64,000 bases of DNA from Neodothiora populina. Its lineage: Eukaryota. The stretch lies in contig NW_027191406.1 of assembly GCF_041146345.1 (NCBI RefSeq), positions 868,001-932,000 on the forward strand, read 5' to 3'. Both the position numbers and the translations under genes were made by a program. Below are positions 37,247-50,192 of the stretch, in pieces; position 1 is the stretch's first letter; every line of letters starts with the position of its first letter. The notes below the pieces were generated by a model that was not told where the DNA came from, did not search any database, and saw only the letters and a list, made by a program, of their open reading frames with translations.

Positions 37247-38371
37247 ATGGGAAAATCATCCAAGGACAAACGAGACGCTTACTATCGCCTCGCCAAAGAG
37301 CAAGGGTGGCGTGCTCGTAGTGCATTCAAATTGCTACAGCTTGACGAAGAATTCAATCTTTTCGAGGATGTCACCAGAGTAGTGGATCTCTGCGCTGCGC
37401 CTGGAAGTTGGAGTCAAGTTCTATCTAGAGTCTTGATCAAGGGCGAGAAGATTGGTCGCGCAGGCTGGGAAGACAAGCAGGCCAGGGAGAAGCTTGCTCT
37501 GCACGGACGAGCCCAAGACTCGGATATCACAAACGATATGGCTACTGTTGAAATCAGTGAACAAGAAGCCAAGCCGAGGAAAGATGTGAGAATTGTTTCT
37601 ATCGATCTGCAACCAATGTCTCCTTTAGAAGGCATTGTAACAATGCGAGCCGACATCACTCATCCATCAACTATCCCACGACTACTTCAAGCCCTGGACC
37701 CGGACACTTACGATCCAGCAGCGGTCACAGCCTCGCACCCAGTTGACCTTGTTATCTCAGATGGAGCACCGGACGTCACTGGTCTCCATGACTTGGACAC
37801 GTATGTTCAATCTCAGCTCATCTGGGCAGCACTAAACCTTGCTCTGTGTGTGCTCAAGCCTGGTGGCAAGTTCGTGGCCAAGATCTTCCGTGGCAAGGAT
37901 GTCGACCTGCTCTATGCGCAACTCAAGATTGTCTTTGAACGGGTACGAGTCGCCAAACCTCGTAGCAGTCGTGCCAGTAGTGTCGAAGCTTTTGTTGTGT
38001 GCACAGGCTTCTGTCCCCCCAAGGGATTTAAGGCCAGCCTGGACAACCCTCTGGGCGCCGGGGCTAAGCTTCAGCCTGCACCGGGAACACAGGCGAACAA
38101 GGCAGCGCCGGTGCGTGTCGTACGTCCCGACGGTATCACCGAGCTCGATATGGGATCAGATGATGAGTATGACATTGAGGAACAGCGCTGGATTGCCCCC
38201 TTTCTAGCTTGCGGAGACCTGTCTGCTTACGACGCAGACGCCTCGTATCATCTCCCGAAGGACCACGTGGTGTTAGATCCTGTGCAGCCACCAACGGCTC
38301 CTCCCTACAAGAAGGCTTTGGAGAATCGGAAAGCAGCAGGTGGTGCGTACGGCAAGACCAAGCTAGGCTGA
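37247..38371 (+). CDS. TRM7: tRNA (C32/G34) 2'-O-ribose methyltransferase Trm7 (FtsJ family); intronless
   Basis: [83 protein letters not shown] and [10 protein letters not shown]. Confidence 0.96.
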   Translation: MGKSSKDKRDAYYRLAKEQGWRARSAFKLLQLDEEFNLFEDVTRVVDLCAAPGSWSQVLSRVLIKGEKIGRAGWEDKQAREKLALHGRAQDSDITNDMATVEISEQEAKPRKDVRIVSIDLQPMSPLEGIVTMRADITHPSTIPRLLQALDPDTYDPAAVTASHPVDLVISDGAPDVTGLHDLDTYVQSQLIWAALNLALCVLKPGGKFVAKIFRGKDVDLLYAQLKIVFERVRVAKPRSSRASSVEAFVVCTGFCPPKGFKASLDNPLGAGAKLQPAPGTQANKAAPVRVVRPDGITELDMGSDDEYDIEEQRWIAPFLACGDLSAYDADASYHLPKDHVVLDPVQPPTAPPYKKALENRKAAGGAYGKTKLG

Positions 38372-40495
38372 AGCCTAATCGTACTCCGCAGAAAAAAAAG
38401 ATCTGTCGTTTCATGCAGCTTATTGCAGTTTTATATCAAAAACCTAAGTAGCGCTCGAGAGTTCGGTACCCACCAAGCCGCTTCGAACGTAAGACAGAGT
38501 AGCGGCTACCTTAATCCGCTGGCACTATCGAAGCCTGACTAGTCTGACGCCATTGGGGTTGTCTCGAACGATCCTGCTTGTGGTCAATTGATGCCTGTAC
38601 TACCATCCAGACAGCCGCAGAAATAGACTTCCGCAGGGCGGTTTGTAACACAATAACGCGCGCTTCAAAGTACTACATACCGCGATGCGGCACCGAAGCG
38701 CGATGTGTAGACTGAAGCCTTCGCTGGCGACCTCACCACAAGTACGATGCCGCACAAACATCGATTGACATGACCTGTTCACAAGCTTCACTTGGCTGTG
38801 AGTATCTGGCTTGGAGAAGCAGGGATTACAAACACCTCAGACCGCTGGTTCTAGAGCAAGGGAGGAGCAGGCGGAGAACTACCCGCGCATAGCGGCGGCA
38901 TTGCGCAACTCAAGATTCCAGATCCTCCCGAACCCACGGTACACCATCCGCACCTATCGTCTGATGTGCATACGAACGACAGAAAACTGGCCACTTCATG
39001 CCACGTGAAGACAAGATCGAGGAGAAGGGGCGAATTCGACACGTTAATACCTCTACTTCACAATCTCATCACAGAAGTTTGGACAGGCAAAGCACAACAG
39101 CAGGAATATAAGTCGGATTGTACTTGTACGCTTCTCCCACGTAGAGCAGACAGATCTCGCATATACCTTGCTATCCCGACACGCCCTAACCTAAAAGTAA
39201 CTTGCTTTACCTTATTTTACTCCCGTTTGTCTTATCAACAAGTACCTGAGCCACAGCACCTTACTTGACTTGACCTTATCAACAAAGTACCCACCTAGCT
39301 ACCTAATGTACATTAGCTCACCAGACCACGAGGTACCGCTCCCTTGCCTGCCTTATACAAGTACAAAGTCACCGTGCTATACAGAGCATTTCTCCCCAGA
39401 CTAACGGGAACCCCGCCAGTTAGTCACTTTCGTAAGCCCACCAGTTCAGCCAGCCTGCAAGCCAGCCAAACGAGTAAACCAAGAAAAAAACGCTTGTATA
39501 TTGAACTTCCTTCACCCTTCGTAGACGGAAAAGAAACGAAATATGAAATCAAAAAGCTTGGCGCTCCAGCTTGCTTCACACATCTACGATGTGGCGCAGG
39601 AGGGACGTGTACAGATACCAATTATTGCTGCTGTGCATATGTGTATGCGTGCACGCATGAAGACGCATTGCTAGTAGTAGTGATAGAAGCAGCAGCAGCA
39701 GCAGCAGCAGGTCGGCGAATCCCGTGCGTGCTGCTTCTGCCTCTACTGCTTCTGCTTCTGCTTTTGCGTCTCTTCATGCACACGATAGCATGACGCATGC
39801 ATGCATGCACCATGTCTTCACGTCCATCTATCGTGCATGTAATCGCGCTTGTGAACGCACCGTATGACTCCCATTTGTCAGGTGCTCCGCAGAAGCAGAA
39901 GAGATAGAGAGAGATATGTTGCTTTTCAGCGCACACGTCTTTCGTTGCTGTTCTGATATTGTATGTAGCTCGCTTTGGCTTGGCTTAGGTGGGGTGGGGT
40001 TGGGCTAGATTGTTGTGTGCTGTACGAGTGGTGTTTGATGTATATTAATTCTACAATTTTTTGATTCTCTTTCTGTAAAATATACTGTATGTATGTACTG
40101 TAGGCATTCGTGTTCACTGCTTCCGTTGATCAATTGATCAATCCGTTTATTGAATCAATCAATTCTCGTCATATCGGAAATAAAGGTAAAGATTGAGACT
40201 CTTGATTGCTTCAGAGTACAGTTTCTATTGGAGTATACTAGGTAACTATCTAGCTATGCTGGTTCTGTTTTCCTTCTCCGTGATCGATCTTATCTTTCCT
40301 TCCTTTTTGTCTGGGTAATCTGTGTAATCTGGGTATGGTAATAATAACATCATCTCTTTTCTCGTCCATCGTGATCAATACATTTTCTTTGCATTCTTCT
40401 CCTCTGTGTCTCGTCCAGCGGAGATCAGGAGGGCTGTTTGGGTGGGTATCAGATTTCGGCCGTTGTAATCGTTATATGAACAAAAGAAAAATAAA

Positions 40496-41524
40496 TCAAA
40501 TGTGATAGTTTTGGCGAAGTTTCTCGGGCTTGCGAGTCTCGGTTCTGTATTTCTTCTCTCCATTAAAAGGCACCGAAGCGCCGCCTCTGCGCGGTTCGAC
40601 CTCGACGATGGCGACTTCGTCTCCGCTGCCGCTCCTGCGGTGATGATGGTGCGAGTGGTGGTGGGATGAGCGTCGCTGTTGCTCTTCTTTGGAGTAGCGC
40701 TCTTCGTAGTGGCGGTGGTGCTGCACCACTTCGTCACGAGAGGAGCGGACGGGCAGAGAGGTCTTCTCTTCGTGGCGGTAGATTGCTTTTCTGGGCTCTT
40801 CGGTTGCAGTGCTCGTGTGTTCGGCAGAGTGTCTGTGGCGTCTGCGGCGGGACTCGTGGAGCTCTGTTGATGCGGTGCGTGGGGTGGCGCTTATGACGAC
40901 TTCTGCTCGATCCGATGGACGGCGGGTTGTGCGGTCGTGGTGCTTGCTGTCTTCGTAGCGGGTGCGCTCACTGTGGTAGCGGCCTTCCCTGCGTTTGTTG
41001 TCGTCGCTGTCACGGCTGCTGCGTCGATCTGACTCGCGTGGCTGCTGCTGCTCGATGACGGGGGTTTGCGAACGACGATGTGATTTGCGGGAGTGTTGCC
41101 TGCTCGTCATCTTCTCAACTACTCGGAGCTGGGCTCTCATGTTGGCGTAGGCGTGAGGGACCTCGACTCTGTCTGGTCCGACGTGGCAATGAGGAACTCG
41201 CTCGAAGATCTCGCCCTCGCGCATGTAGACGTAAAAGGACACATTGTGCGCGAGCAATTCGCCCTTGGAACATAGTTGGTCGCCACGCTTGTAGACTGCG
41301 TGTGGGTCTCGACATGCTGCGCACTGTCGGCAGTGCATCTCGAAGTAGTAGAATGCCCATGCTTCTTCTGGGGTGCGCTCCCGAGACACCTTGATCAGCG
41401 CCTTGTCCGCGGGAAAATGGACTTCCTTTGGGGGCGAGCCAACTGGCTGGACGGCGGGAGCAATAGTCTTTGTTTTGATAGTAGATGCCAGGGGCACATC
41501 GATAGGACGAACAAGAGCTGGCAT
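40496..41524 (-). CDS. Hypothetical protein with a Cys/His cluster and an Arg/His/Ser-rich C-terminal half
   Basis: ATG at 41524 (MPALVRPID) follows a C/A-rich leader. Globular segment FEMHCRQCAACRDP...LCSKGELLAHNVSFYVY. Coding-like composition. Confidence 0.75.
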   Translation of the reverse strand: MPALVRPIDVPLASTIKTKTIAPAVQPVGSPPKEVHFPADKALIKVSRERTPEEAWAFYYFEMHCRQCAACRDPHAVYKRGDQLCSKGELLAHNVSFYVYMREGEIFERVPHCHVGPDRVEVPHAYANMRAQLRVVEKMTSRQHSRKSHRRSQTPVIEQQQPRESDRRSSRDSDDNKRREGRYHSERTRYEDSKHHDRTTRRPSDRAEVVISATPRTASTELHESRRRRHRHSAEHTSTATEEPRKAIYRHEEKTSLPVRSSRDEVVQHHRHYEERYSKEEQQRRSSHHHSHHHHRRSGSGDEVAIVEVEPRRGGASVPFNGEKKYRTETRKPEKLRQNYHI

Positions 41525-43477
41525 CAGTGTTGTTTTGTGATTGGAAGTCTTGCGAATTGGTAGTATCGTGATGTTTAGAGGGTATATTATTTTCTTGAAG
41601 TGATTGTGGGTTTGCTTGTTGATATTGTTTGCAGAGTGCTTTGTGTGGAGGGATTGTTTGAGGCAAGGTGATGTGAGTGTTTTATGTGTTGGACTTGAGA
41701 CAATTGTTGCTTGATATGAGAATAGATATCCCAAAGGAGGGGAGGGCGGGAAGACATAGTTATACCTTGACCTGCCTCAGTACATCTACAAAGTAGTATA
41801 TGCAGAATATGTCCACCTGAAGGATGATACGCAATGGTTGCACACCATCCTCAAAACAGACGCCGCGCATGTCGGCACAAGGATAGTACACGCATCCACA
41901 TGAAACGACCCCGGCTAGATCGATACGCTAATATGCAATCACCCACCTGCTTCGGGACTGCTTTCATCTGTGTAGCTTTTTCTGGACTGACATATGCATG
42001 GTTTGCAGAGGAAACCAAGAGCACAGGGCTTCGTGAGTCGCTCTGAGCCGCTGCATCGTGAGTTGAATGGTGGGGGGCACGTCACATCTGGAAACGCTAA
42101 CGCAAGCGCCAGATGATTACATGCGCCGAGACAAGAGCTACTATGATACTATTGTGATACCTGGCCGCAAATGAACTGCGGTCTCTCATCCGCAGCGCCA
42201 TTGCTGCTGACACCGGTGGCAGAAGTGGCAGTGTTCACGAGGTGCGAGCTCGTTCGAAGCTTTGGCAATGGGGCGGGCGTCGAATGTTCCTTGGCGAGTC
42301 ATCCGCGCCACGAATCAGCACTGCAGAAGCCTTGACCGGTAGTGGACCCCGCAATACTCCTTGCATGGAACGATTCAAACACCGTTTCGTCGTTCAATCT
42401 ATCCGACATATCTTGACCGGTGGACAGCTTTACAAAATGACATCTCCTTGACTCTTCCAGAATTTCGAAGCCGGTACCCGACGGAGACCCACCAGATCAA
42501 CGGGATCCGGCACGGAGAGTTGACCGGTTTGCAGATGAGTCACAATCCTGCTTTACGTGTTGTGTATCGCTTCAAGAAATCTATAGAGTATAGCCGAGGC
42601 AAGTGTTTCTCCGAAAAACCAATGACTGCGATGAATTGAGGCTCGAGCTACAAGTGTAGATTGACCCACGTGCCTGCATCAATGAGAGCCTGATGGTGAG
42701 AAAGGTTTCGCCGTGTACATCGTCAGTGTCGTGTTGAGCATTTACGATCAGCAATACGGTCCATGACCATGGTCACGGAAACCGCAGCGTGCACGGTTAG
42801 CCTCATGGTGCGAACTTGATGGTTGGGAACAGATCATGGCTGCTCACTCTGTTGCCCCATGCCTCAACTGCAACGTCTTCGTCCATCGTCAACAGCCGGT
42901 CACGGGCAGGCAGCAGGAGGCAGGGAGCAGAATGAGCATTTGCGCCTTGCTGCCTTCCAGCAATAGACGTAAAGCACGGTTTCACCGGTAGCAGGTACCA
43001 AGCTATAGATTGGCCTAGGCAATTGGCTGGTCCGCAAAGATGTGCGTGTGACCCGGGGATCTCGACGTAGGATGAGACCTGTTTTTTTGGGCATTCGCGC
43101 ATCGTCTGAATAGCCTTGTGATTCTGGGAATCCGAGGAAGATCTTCAGGAACGTGCGACATCTCGCCGTGTCTTGTATTGTGTCCCAAAAATGTCGCTTG
43201 TTGGTTGCTCATGCGGTGTCTGCTCGCCTTTCGTGCCCTTGTGCATCTGCGACGTGGATGGGAGTATCTCCCGGCGCAGCATGTCGGACGCGAACATGAC
43301 AGAATGTCAACTAGGTAGAGTGTCGGACCACTCTTGCGTCTCACTCTGTGGGATCAGCAGACGTAGATCAATACAAGTGAGAGGCCCGGGAGAAACTTGA
43401 TCAAACTTCATTTTCGCAAGGTCACGTGTATGGACTTTGGGTCGAATGTAAGGTAGGGTTCTGATATTGAAAGCCTG

Positions 43478-45370
43478 TTACTGAAACTTTTTTTCGTCAT
43501 TGATGGTTCGTCCCTTCATCACCTTGGCTTTTACTGCCGCAATTTTTGCCTTCACAGTCTCCTTGATAGTGACTAGGTTGGACGCAGGCACTTCGTCGGC
43601 CGCCACGAACCTCCTGACAATGAGATTGAAGACACTTCCGAATGCCATGGCAATGACCGTACTGGTCAAGATGATGACATTGTACGGCATGCTAAAATCA
43701 GGCGTCGGCAGAGGTAGGAGCAGGGAGGTTGTTCGCAAGTACATAGACTCCCCGCCTTCGACAGAAGGAAGCACACGTATAGTAGCGGGGGCAACATCGA
43801 AACCCCTATTCGCGTCTGGTGGGTACTCAGTGTATCTCAAAATAGCCTTATCGAAATCATAAGTCAACGTCACCGTTGATGCTGCCGGAATAGTGATGCG
43901 TAGCTCCAGGTGAGTGCCACGGCGCCTATCAACCGCCGGGCGGTAAACTACCTCCTTGATCGGGTTGCCGCTTTCTCCCGTGGAGACGACAGCGCGTAAA
44001 GTATGCAAGTAGGGTTTCATGAACCAGGGCAAAGACTCCAAGTAGACTAGCTGCACAGACTCAGAAGGCGATGGGTTGGTCAGCACCGTACGAACACCGC
44101 CACGCTCTTGGCCATAGCCTACGAAAGTCCTCTCCGCGTACAAACGAGGCTTCTCAAGCGATTGTGGCGAGATAAGTGACTGTTCCGCCAGGGACATGTC
44201 AAAGGTTCCGGATGAAGGCAGCTGATAATACCTCAGCATACCATCTTCGGACTGACGTTGACTGTAGGTGTTGGCAGCAGTAATGTTGATCTCAGCACTC
44301 GAGCTAGTCTCAAGAGTGATAGTCTCAGCGTTACCACTGAGGGGGCATGCGCCTCTGATGGGGCGACCGAAAACTTGACTGAGACTCCAGGGGCGTTCGG
44401 TCGTTCTGTCGACTGGGAGGCATGTATCATGGTTCATGTATGGTTTCGAGGTGTCACACTCGATGCTCTCCAGAGGTGGTGGTCTGGGCAACGGATCGTC
44501 TTCTGGTAGTCAGTCGATTGCGCTGGTGTAGTGAAAACAAGAGGGAAACATACCAAGTGGTCTCATGGACCTCTCGATGTCGAGAACCATGTCGACAGTC
44601 TGCTCAATCTGCAGAATGCATTGGCTCCCATCCTCTGGACACAAAGGTCGCACATCTATAGCCATTGACTGCCACGAGGCATCGAACAATTTGTGTCCAT
44701 CTAGTAAAGTAGATATGCCCGCCTTGCCTTTGCACGGCAGTAGCTTGAGGAAGGGGGTGAGATTCTCAGTGCAGACCACTTCGTGAGGCAATGCGCCATG
44801 GAGGAGATGGAGATTGGAAGAGGAAGCATTATGCAGACTGCCCTCTGACTGGAAAGTGGACACGGGTCGGATTGTTTTGGTGGCGTCGATGAAGTTGAGT
44901 GAAGCGCAGAACAGACCGGAGAGGGAGTTGCTCAAAGACAGCCATCTCGCATTCGCCCTGAGTTCTCGAGTCAGCCATCATTTCGCTCATTGACATGAAA
45001 CAAGCAGAGCCTACTCTTCATCTGTACTGGCTTCAATCCACGCCCATAACTCGACACCAGTTCCACCCTCTCTTCTGCCTCCGCGTGGTCTGGCTCCCCA
45101 AACAGGAGAGTCCCAGCGGCCGAGACTAAACCTCAGGTGTAGCTCTTTTGTGCGAGTGTGTTGCAGGATCTGGCCCAGAGAGCGGGGAAAGAATCTAAAG
45201 TTCTGCTCTTCGAATGCAGACAAGGTGGTGTTGCTCCTGAAGTCGAATGCGGCCAGTAGAGCGGAATTGGGGAGAGGTTTCAGGGAGAGATTCTCCTGAT
45301 ACTCAGCTGCCTCAGCCCATGACGACGACAAGGCGAGCCAGAAGATGATGAAAAGAAAAGAGAAGAGCAT
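43478..45370 (-). CDS. GPI16: GPI transamidase subunit Gpi16/PIG-T; 3 exons (45370-45015, 44957-44554, 44502-43478)
   Basis: Signal peptide; ELHLRFSLGRW, GTGVELWAW, LSGLFCASLNFID, LPHEVVCTENLTPFLKLLPCKGKAG, YTEYPPDANRGFD and LPTPDFSMPYNVI; C-terminal KKxx. Confidence 0.96.
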
Positions 45371-45667
45371 TGCGGCCTCATGCCGCGAACCAAAGGTGGA
45401 ACGTTCAAAGCATGTATTATTGAAGTGAGTATAATGAAGTAGATGGAATGATATTAATGCGACCTGCTTCGGATAAACAATCGCGCCAAGAGTTTTGAGA
45501 TGCGGAGGTGAGGCAGTCGCGCCGCATTTTACTCTACTTTAGCTGTGTACTTTACCTGTATATCATTCACGGGAAAGACACAAGCAAAACCAGAGAGATC
45601 AACGACACAAACAAGCGGAGCATATAAATCCTGCTCATCGCCACTTGTGGATCCAGTTCTACGCCCA

Positions 45668-45730
45668 AAGAAGAAGAAGAAGAAGAAGAAGAAGAAGAAG
45701 AAGAAGAAGAAGAAGAAGAAGAAGAAGAAG
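45668..45730 (+). repeat. Perfect (AAG)21 microsatellite ending 19 nt upstream of the LUC7 ATG
   Basis: 63-nt uninterrupted AAG run. Confidence 0.97.
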
Positions 45731-45749
45731 ACTCGCGCCTCCCCTCACT

Positions 45750-46715
45750 ATGGCTGCCGAGCAGAGAAAGCTGCTCGAGCAGCTCATGGGCGAGAACCTC
45801 ATGGTCGCTCCCGGCACAGCTCGTGGCCCGTCAATCACCATCACAGACCCGAAAGCCTGCAAGTCATATATTGTTGGAACCTGTCCACACGACCTGTTTA
45901 CCAATACCAAACAGGATCTCGGTCCTTGTCCAAAAGTGCACAATGAAGCCTTGAAGGAGGAATATGAGAATGCCGACGATCAGCAAAAGCGGAAATGGGG
46001 GTTCGAGTTCGACTACATGCGCGACATGCAGCGCTACATCGATGACTGCAACCGGAGGATCGATCAGGCGCAGAGGAGGCTGGAAAAGACGCCAGACGAG
46101 ATCAAGCAGACGAACGCCATGGTGAGTCAGAGTCATCAGCAACACGCTCTCGCTGCCTTCTTCACTTGATGCTGACTTTGACAACAGCTAAAACAAATCA
46201 ACGAACTGTCTCGGAGCATCGAGAATGCACTGCTCGAGATTCAGATCCTGGGCGAGCTAGGCAGCGTCAACACCGCGGTCACGGAATATTTCAAGGTCAG
46301 GCAGCTCAAACAGCTCAAGGAAGACCGCGAGAGAGAGCTCAAGGCCTTGTCAGACACATCGGGACCGTCGGGTCACCAGAAGCTGCAAGTGTGCGATGTC
46401 TGCGGCGCCTACCTCAGTCGACTGGACAACGATCGCCGTCTCGCCGACCATTTCTTTGGCAAAATGCATTTGGGTTACGCACAGATGAGAAAGACATACG
46501 CTCAATTACAAAAGGACCTACAAGGCCGACCTCCGCCGATCAGAGACGAGCCTCAGGCTGGCTCTAGGGGAGGATATGACGACGGTGGTTACGGCGGCGG
46601 AGGCTACGGCGGCGGCCGAGGGGGCTATGGAAGGTCCGGCGGCTACGGAGGTGGTGGGGGTGGAGGTGGTGGAGGCTTCAGAGGCAGAGGTCGTGGAGGG
46701 CACGGTAGATGGTAA
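45750..46715 (+). CDS. LUC7: U1 snRNP protein Luc7; 2 exons (45750-46121, 46188-46715)
   Basis: MAAEQRKLLEQLMG; zinc finger 1 CKSYIVGTCPHDLFTNTKQDLGPCPKVH; zinc finger 2 QKLQVCDVCGAYLSRLDNDRRLADHFFGKMHLGY; RGG tail. Confidence 0.96.
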
Positions 46716-47257
46716 CTCAACTCATGATATCCTTGGCGTTTTGCAGGCAATGTTCAAATGGATGGAGCGTGGCGTTGGTCAAGGCAAGGCTGGCATCATC
46801 GAAAGACAGACAGAATGGGTGATGGTCTCGAGGCGTTGTATTACAAGTATGAAGCTGCTGCGAAAAGTGCCTTACAATGATTGAATTGTCTTGAATGTTG
46901 TAAGCATCATGCTCCAGGTACCGTTAGCAAGGTTCATCTTGGAGAGCGGCTCCTGAGATCTACAAATAAGCTTTGGCTCAAGCGTCATTGGGCGTGGCCG
47001 AATCCCCGTCTCGTTACGGCCTGAGGTGTCTGTTTCATCGCTTTGTCCCTCGATTGCTGAGGGGTTCTCGATTCCGCTGCTATTATATCATTCCAGTTGC
47101 AGCACATAACATCCATTCAGGATAAATCTCACAAGACACACGCTGGCAGCCCTCGACACGACCCGGTCGACCCCGGAGGTTCTCTAGCCTTTCTGTCAAC
47201 CCACGTCGCTCCCCGACAGCTACCCTGAACACTACGACACATTTCACAGCGGACAAC

Positions 47258-49347
47258 ATGTCGCGACGAATGAACCCCGGTGCGGATCGGGCGGCGCAGA
47301 ACCAACAGACACTCAAGACGCTGGTCAAGCTGGAAACAAACAAGAGCTGTGCCGATTGCAAGAAGAACAAACGTATGTTGGACCGTTGATACCACAACAA
47401 GCAATGGTCTTGCTGACTGGACACATTGCAGACCCGAGATGGGCCAGCTGGAATCTAGGCATCTTCATATGCATCAGGTGCGACTTGTAACAGAGTGCTG
47501 TAGTCTTGACTAAAAGAAGCTGACTCTCCATGTGACAAAGGTGCTCTGGTATCCACCGTGGAATGGGAACCCACATCAGTCGCGTCAAATCCGTCGACTT
47601 GGACTCCTGGACCGATGAACAACTGCAGAGCATGCTGAGATGGGGCAACTCCAGAGCGAACAAGTGCGTCAATTATAAAACCACAAGCCTCACAATCCAA
47701 TACTCATCCTAATTCCTCACAGATACTGGGAAGCCAAATTGGCCCCTGGACACGTTCCTGCCGATTCGTAAGTCTGGCGCATGCTTCCTTCCCTCTTTTG
47801 GCTACTCACACTGACCATTCTGCCACACAGCAAAATGGAGAACTTCATACGCACAAAATACGACTCGAAGAGATGGGTCATGGACGGGCCCATGCCAGAT
47901 CCTGCTACTTTGGGCGGCGAAGGCGACGACGATGTTGTGCGTGTACATGCGCACCCTCTGAAATGATAGATTCCAGACTGACCATTCTCTGTCACAGCCA
48001 CTGAATGTCGTGCAAGAAAAGGCCAAGTTGGAGAGGTCGGCCTCACAGAGAAACGGCAGCGCAGGACGAGCCACACCCCCTGCTGCCGCATTGAGAAGCC
48101 CGCCTCCTCCCAGAGCAGCCCCCATCGACCTCTTCGGAGATGAACCCGCCGCTCCTCGATCTCGTCCAAGCACAACCGAACCCGCAATCTCGGCGAGACC
48201 ACCACCACCTAGAGCCCCAGTCGCAGCGCCAAAGCAGACCAAGCCTGGCGATTCCCTCCTTGGTCTGGATTTCTTCGGCAGTGCCCAGAGTGCACCTCCA
48301 CAACGTCCTGCGAGCGTGACTGCAGGCTCGAGCACTTCTGGTACATCTCAACGCACAGACCTGAAGCAGTCCATCTTGTCTCTATACGCCTCAGCCCCCA
48401 AGCCTGCTGCGCAGCCACAACAGAGCAACGCCTTTGGCGGTCTGGCATCGCCGACACAGCACGCACCACACCACTCGAATTCACAGTCACTCGCAAGCCT
48501 CGGGGACGCATTTGGAGGGTTGAACTTTTCATCGCCGCCTATACAGCAGCAGCAGGCTGCCAAAGCCTCGCCTTTGGCCAGTTTGGCTTCGCCGCGGTCG
48601 TCCGTCTCGTCTCCGTCGGCCTCTATCTTGAGTGGAGGTGGCTTCTTTGACAGCAAGCCACAGCCGCCGGCAAAGACCAACCCACCGCCACCACCAAAGC
48701 CCGCAACGCAACGCATGTCCAGTGGCTTCGGTGACTTTGGCGACTTCACCTCAGCTGCGCCCTCGGCCAAGTCTCCAGCTCCGCGCGCCGCCTCGACGTC
48801 GATGGGAGATCTCTTCGACCTGGCTTCTCCAACCCTCTCCTCAGCGCCTGCTCCGACACCGGCACCCAAGCCTGCTCCGTCATACAACACCTCGGCGTTC
48901 AACCTTTCACAGCCGACTCCAGCTCCCAAGCCAGCACCCAACCCGCCCGCAGTCACCTCGAGCGCATTTAGCGGGCTAGGCAACATGGACGCATGGGGTA
49001 GCAACGACGCATGGGGAACCCCTGACCCGGCCCCTGCACCCGCACCAGCGGCGGCGGCGGCAGCAGCAGCACCAAAGCCATCATTCTCCGCAGCTCCGGT
49101 CACTTCGACCTACAAGGCACCCGCCACAACATCGTTGAGCGACGATTTCGGCGGATGGGGTAGCAACGATGGCATCACGTCGAGCAGCAGCACGACTGCG
49201 GCCGCGCCCAAAGCAACAGTCGCAGACGACGATGATTTTGGTGGGTGGAGCAGTGCCGAGCCAGTCTCTGCCCCCAGCGGCGGTGCGCAGTCACAGAAGC
49301 CATTCTCGGGTAACTCTGACGATCTGTTCGGCAACGTGTGGGGTTAG
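47258..49347 (+). CDS. ArfGAP of the SMAP/Age2 type; 6 exons (47258-47372, 47432-47477, 47541-47663, 47723-47767, 47831-47936, 47998-49347)
   Basis: Spliced ArfGAP zinc finger [50 protein letters not shown]...[13 protein letters not shown]. Low-complexity tail with IDLF, LLGLDF and DDFGGW adaptor/clathrin-type motifs. Confidence 0.92.
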
Positions 49348-49880
49348 TCTTGTGACGGGGAGTTGTTCGGAGGCCTCTCTTTTGATAGAGTCGAGAACAT
49401 AACAAAGATGACGTTGGTGACGAGAGCGAGTGGGGGAGGCGGATGCCTAGCGCATACCAGGAGGATCTTTCCATTCTCTTTCTTGTCTTACACATATTAA
49501 TGAAAGCAAAAGGCGCAACCTAGCCGGCTGTACAATTGGTAGTGCGCGCGTATGTGTGTCTGAGAGATAGAACAGAAGAAATCAATAAAGGATCCAGAAA
49601 ATCAACAGGGGCCCCCCATTTGTGACTGTGCTTTTCCCCAAACGCCTGTCAACTCCATGCTATGTGCTGTGAATATTCCCCCTTTGCCCGCGGTTCGCGA
49701 TGACGGAAAGCGCAGGCGATGGACGAGGTCAACCTCTATAGTCCTTGACTTGAACTCTTCTCTCGGCCTTTCGCCTTTACGCCTTCCCTTCTGCTCTCCC
49801 AGCCAATCCCACAGTCCGTCCTCTCGAGTCTGCTTCGTATCTCATACCCCAGCATCGCGAGGTAAGCCTCAGCCTCCCCC

Positions 49881-50192
49881 TCACGCCTTCCCCTTGCCCC
49901 CAAAAATCCAAGAAAGCAGATACCACAGCACAAAGAACGCACCCACAAGCATCGCAGCCAGTTTAAGAATCGCGACTTTGTTCCCCTGGCCCGCCATGCG
50001 GCCCAGTCGTCCAGCACTGCCTTTCAGGGATGTCGTCATATTCGAAAAGGCGTCCGAGGACGAGTCGATGACGGTCTGGTCGCGCGCTGAGTCGTAGATG
50101 TCGATTGTCACGCCGCGGAGTGCGGACACTTTGCTGCTTAGTGCGGAGAGCCGCTCGTTGTTTTGCGATTCGCGGTCGTAGGAGGCGGACAT
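49881..50192 (-). CDS. SFT1: Small Golgi Qc-SNARE (Sft1/Bet1-like), tail-anchored
   Basis: ESQNNERLSALSSKVSALRGVTIDIY SNARE heptads followed by one C-terminal transmembrane segment; 103 aa. Confidence 0.85.
   Translation of the reverse strand: MSASYDRESQNNERLSALSSKVSALRGVTIDIYDSARDQTVIDSSSDAFSNMTTSLKGSAGRLGRMAGQGNKVAILKLAAMLVGAFFVLWYLLSWIFGGKGKA

Noticed and set aside
38372..40495. 2.1-kb gap between convergent genes as a hidden gene or ncRNA
   Set aside because: Only short ORFs without recognisable motifs and simple repeats (GCA, GCAT); no snRNA, snoRNA or telomerase-template signature was recognised.
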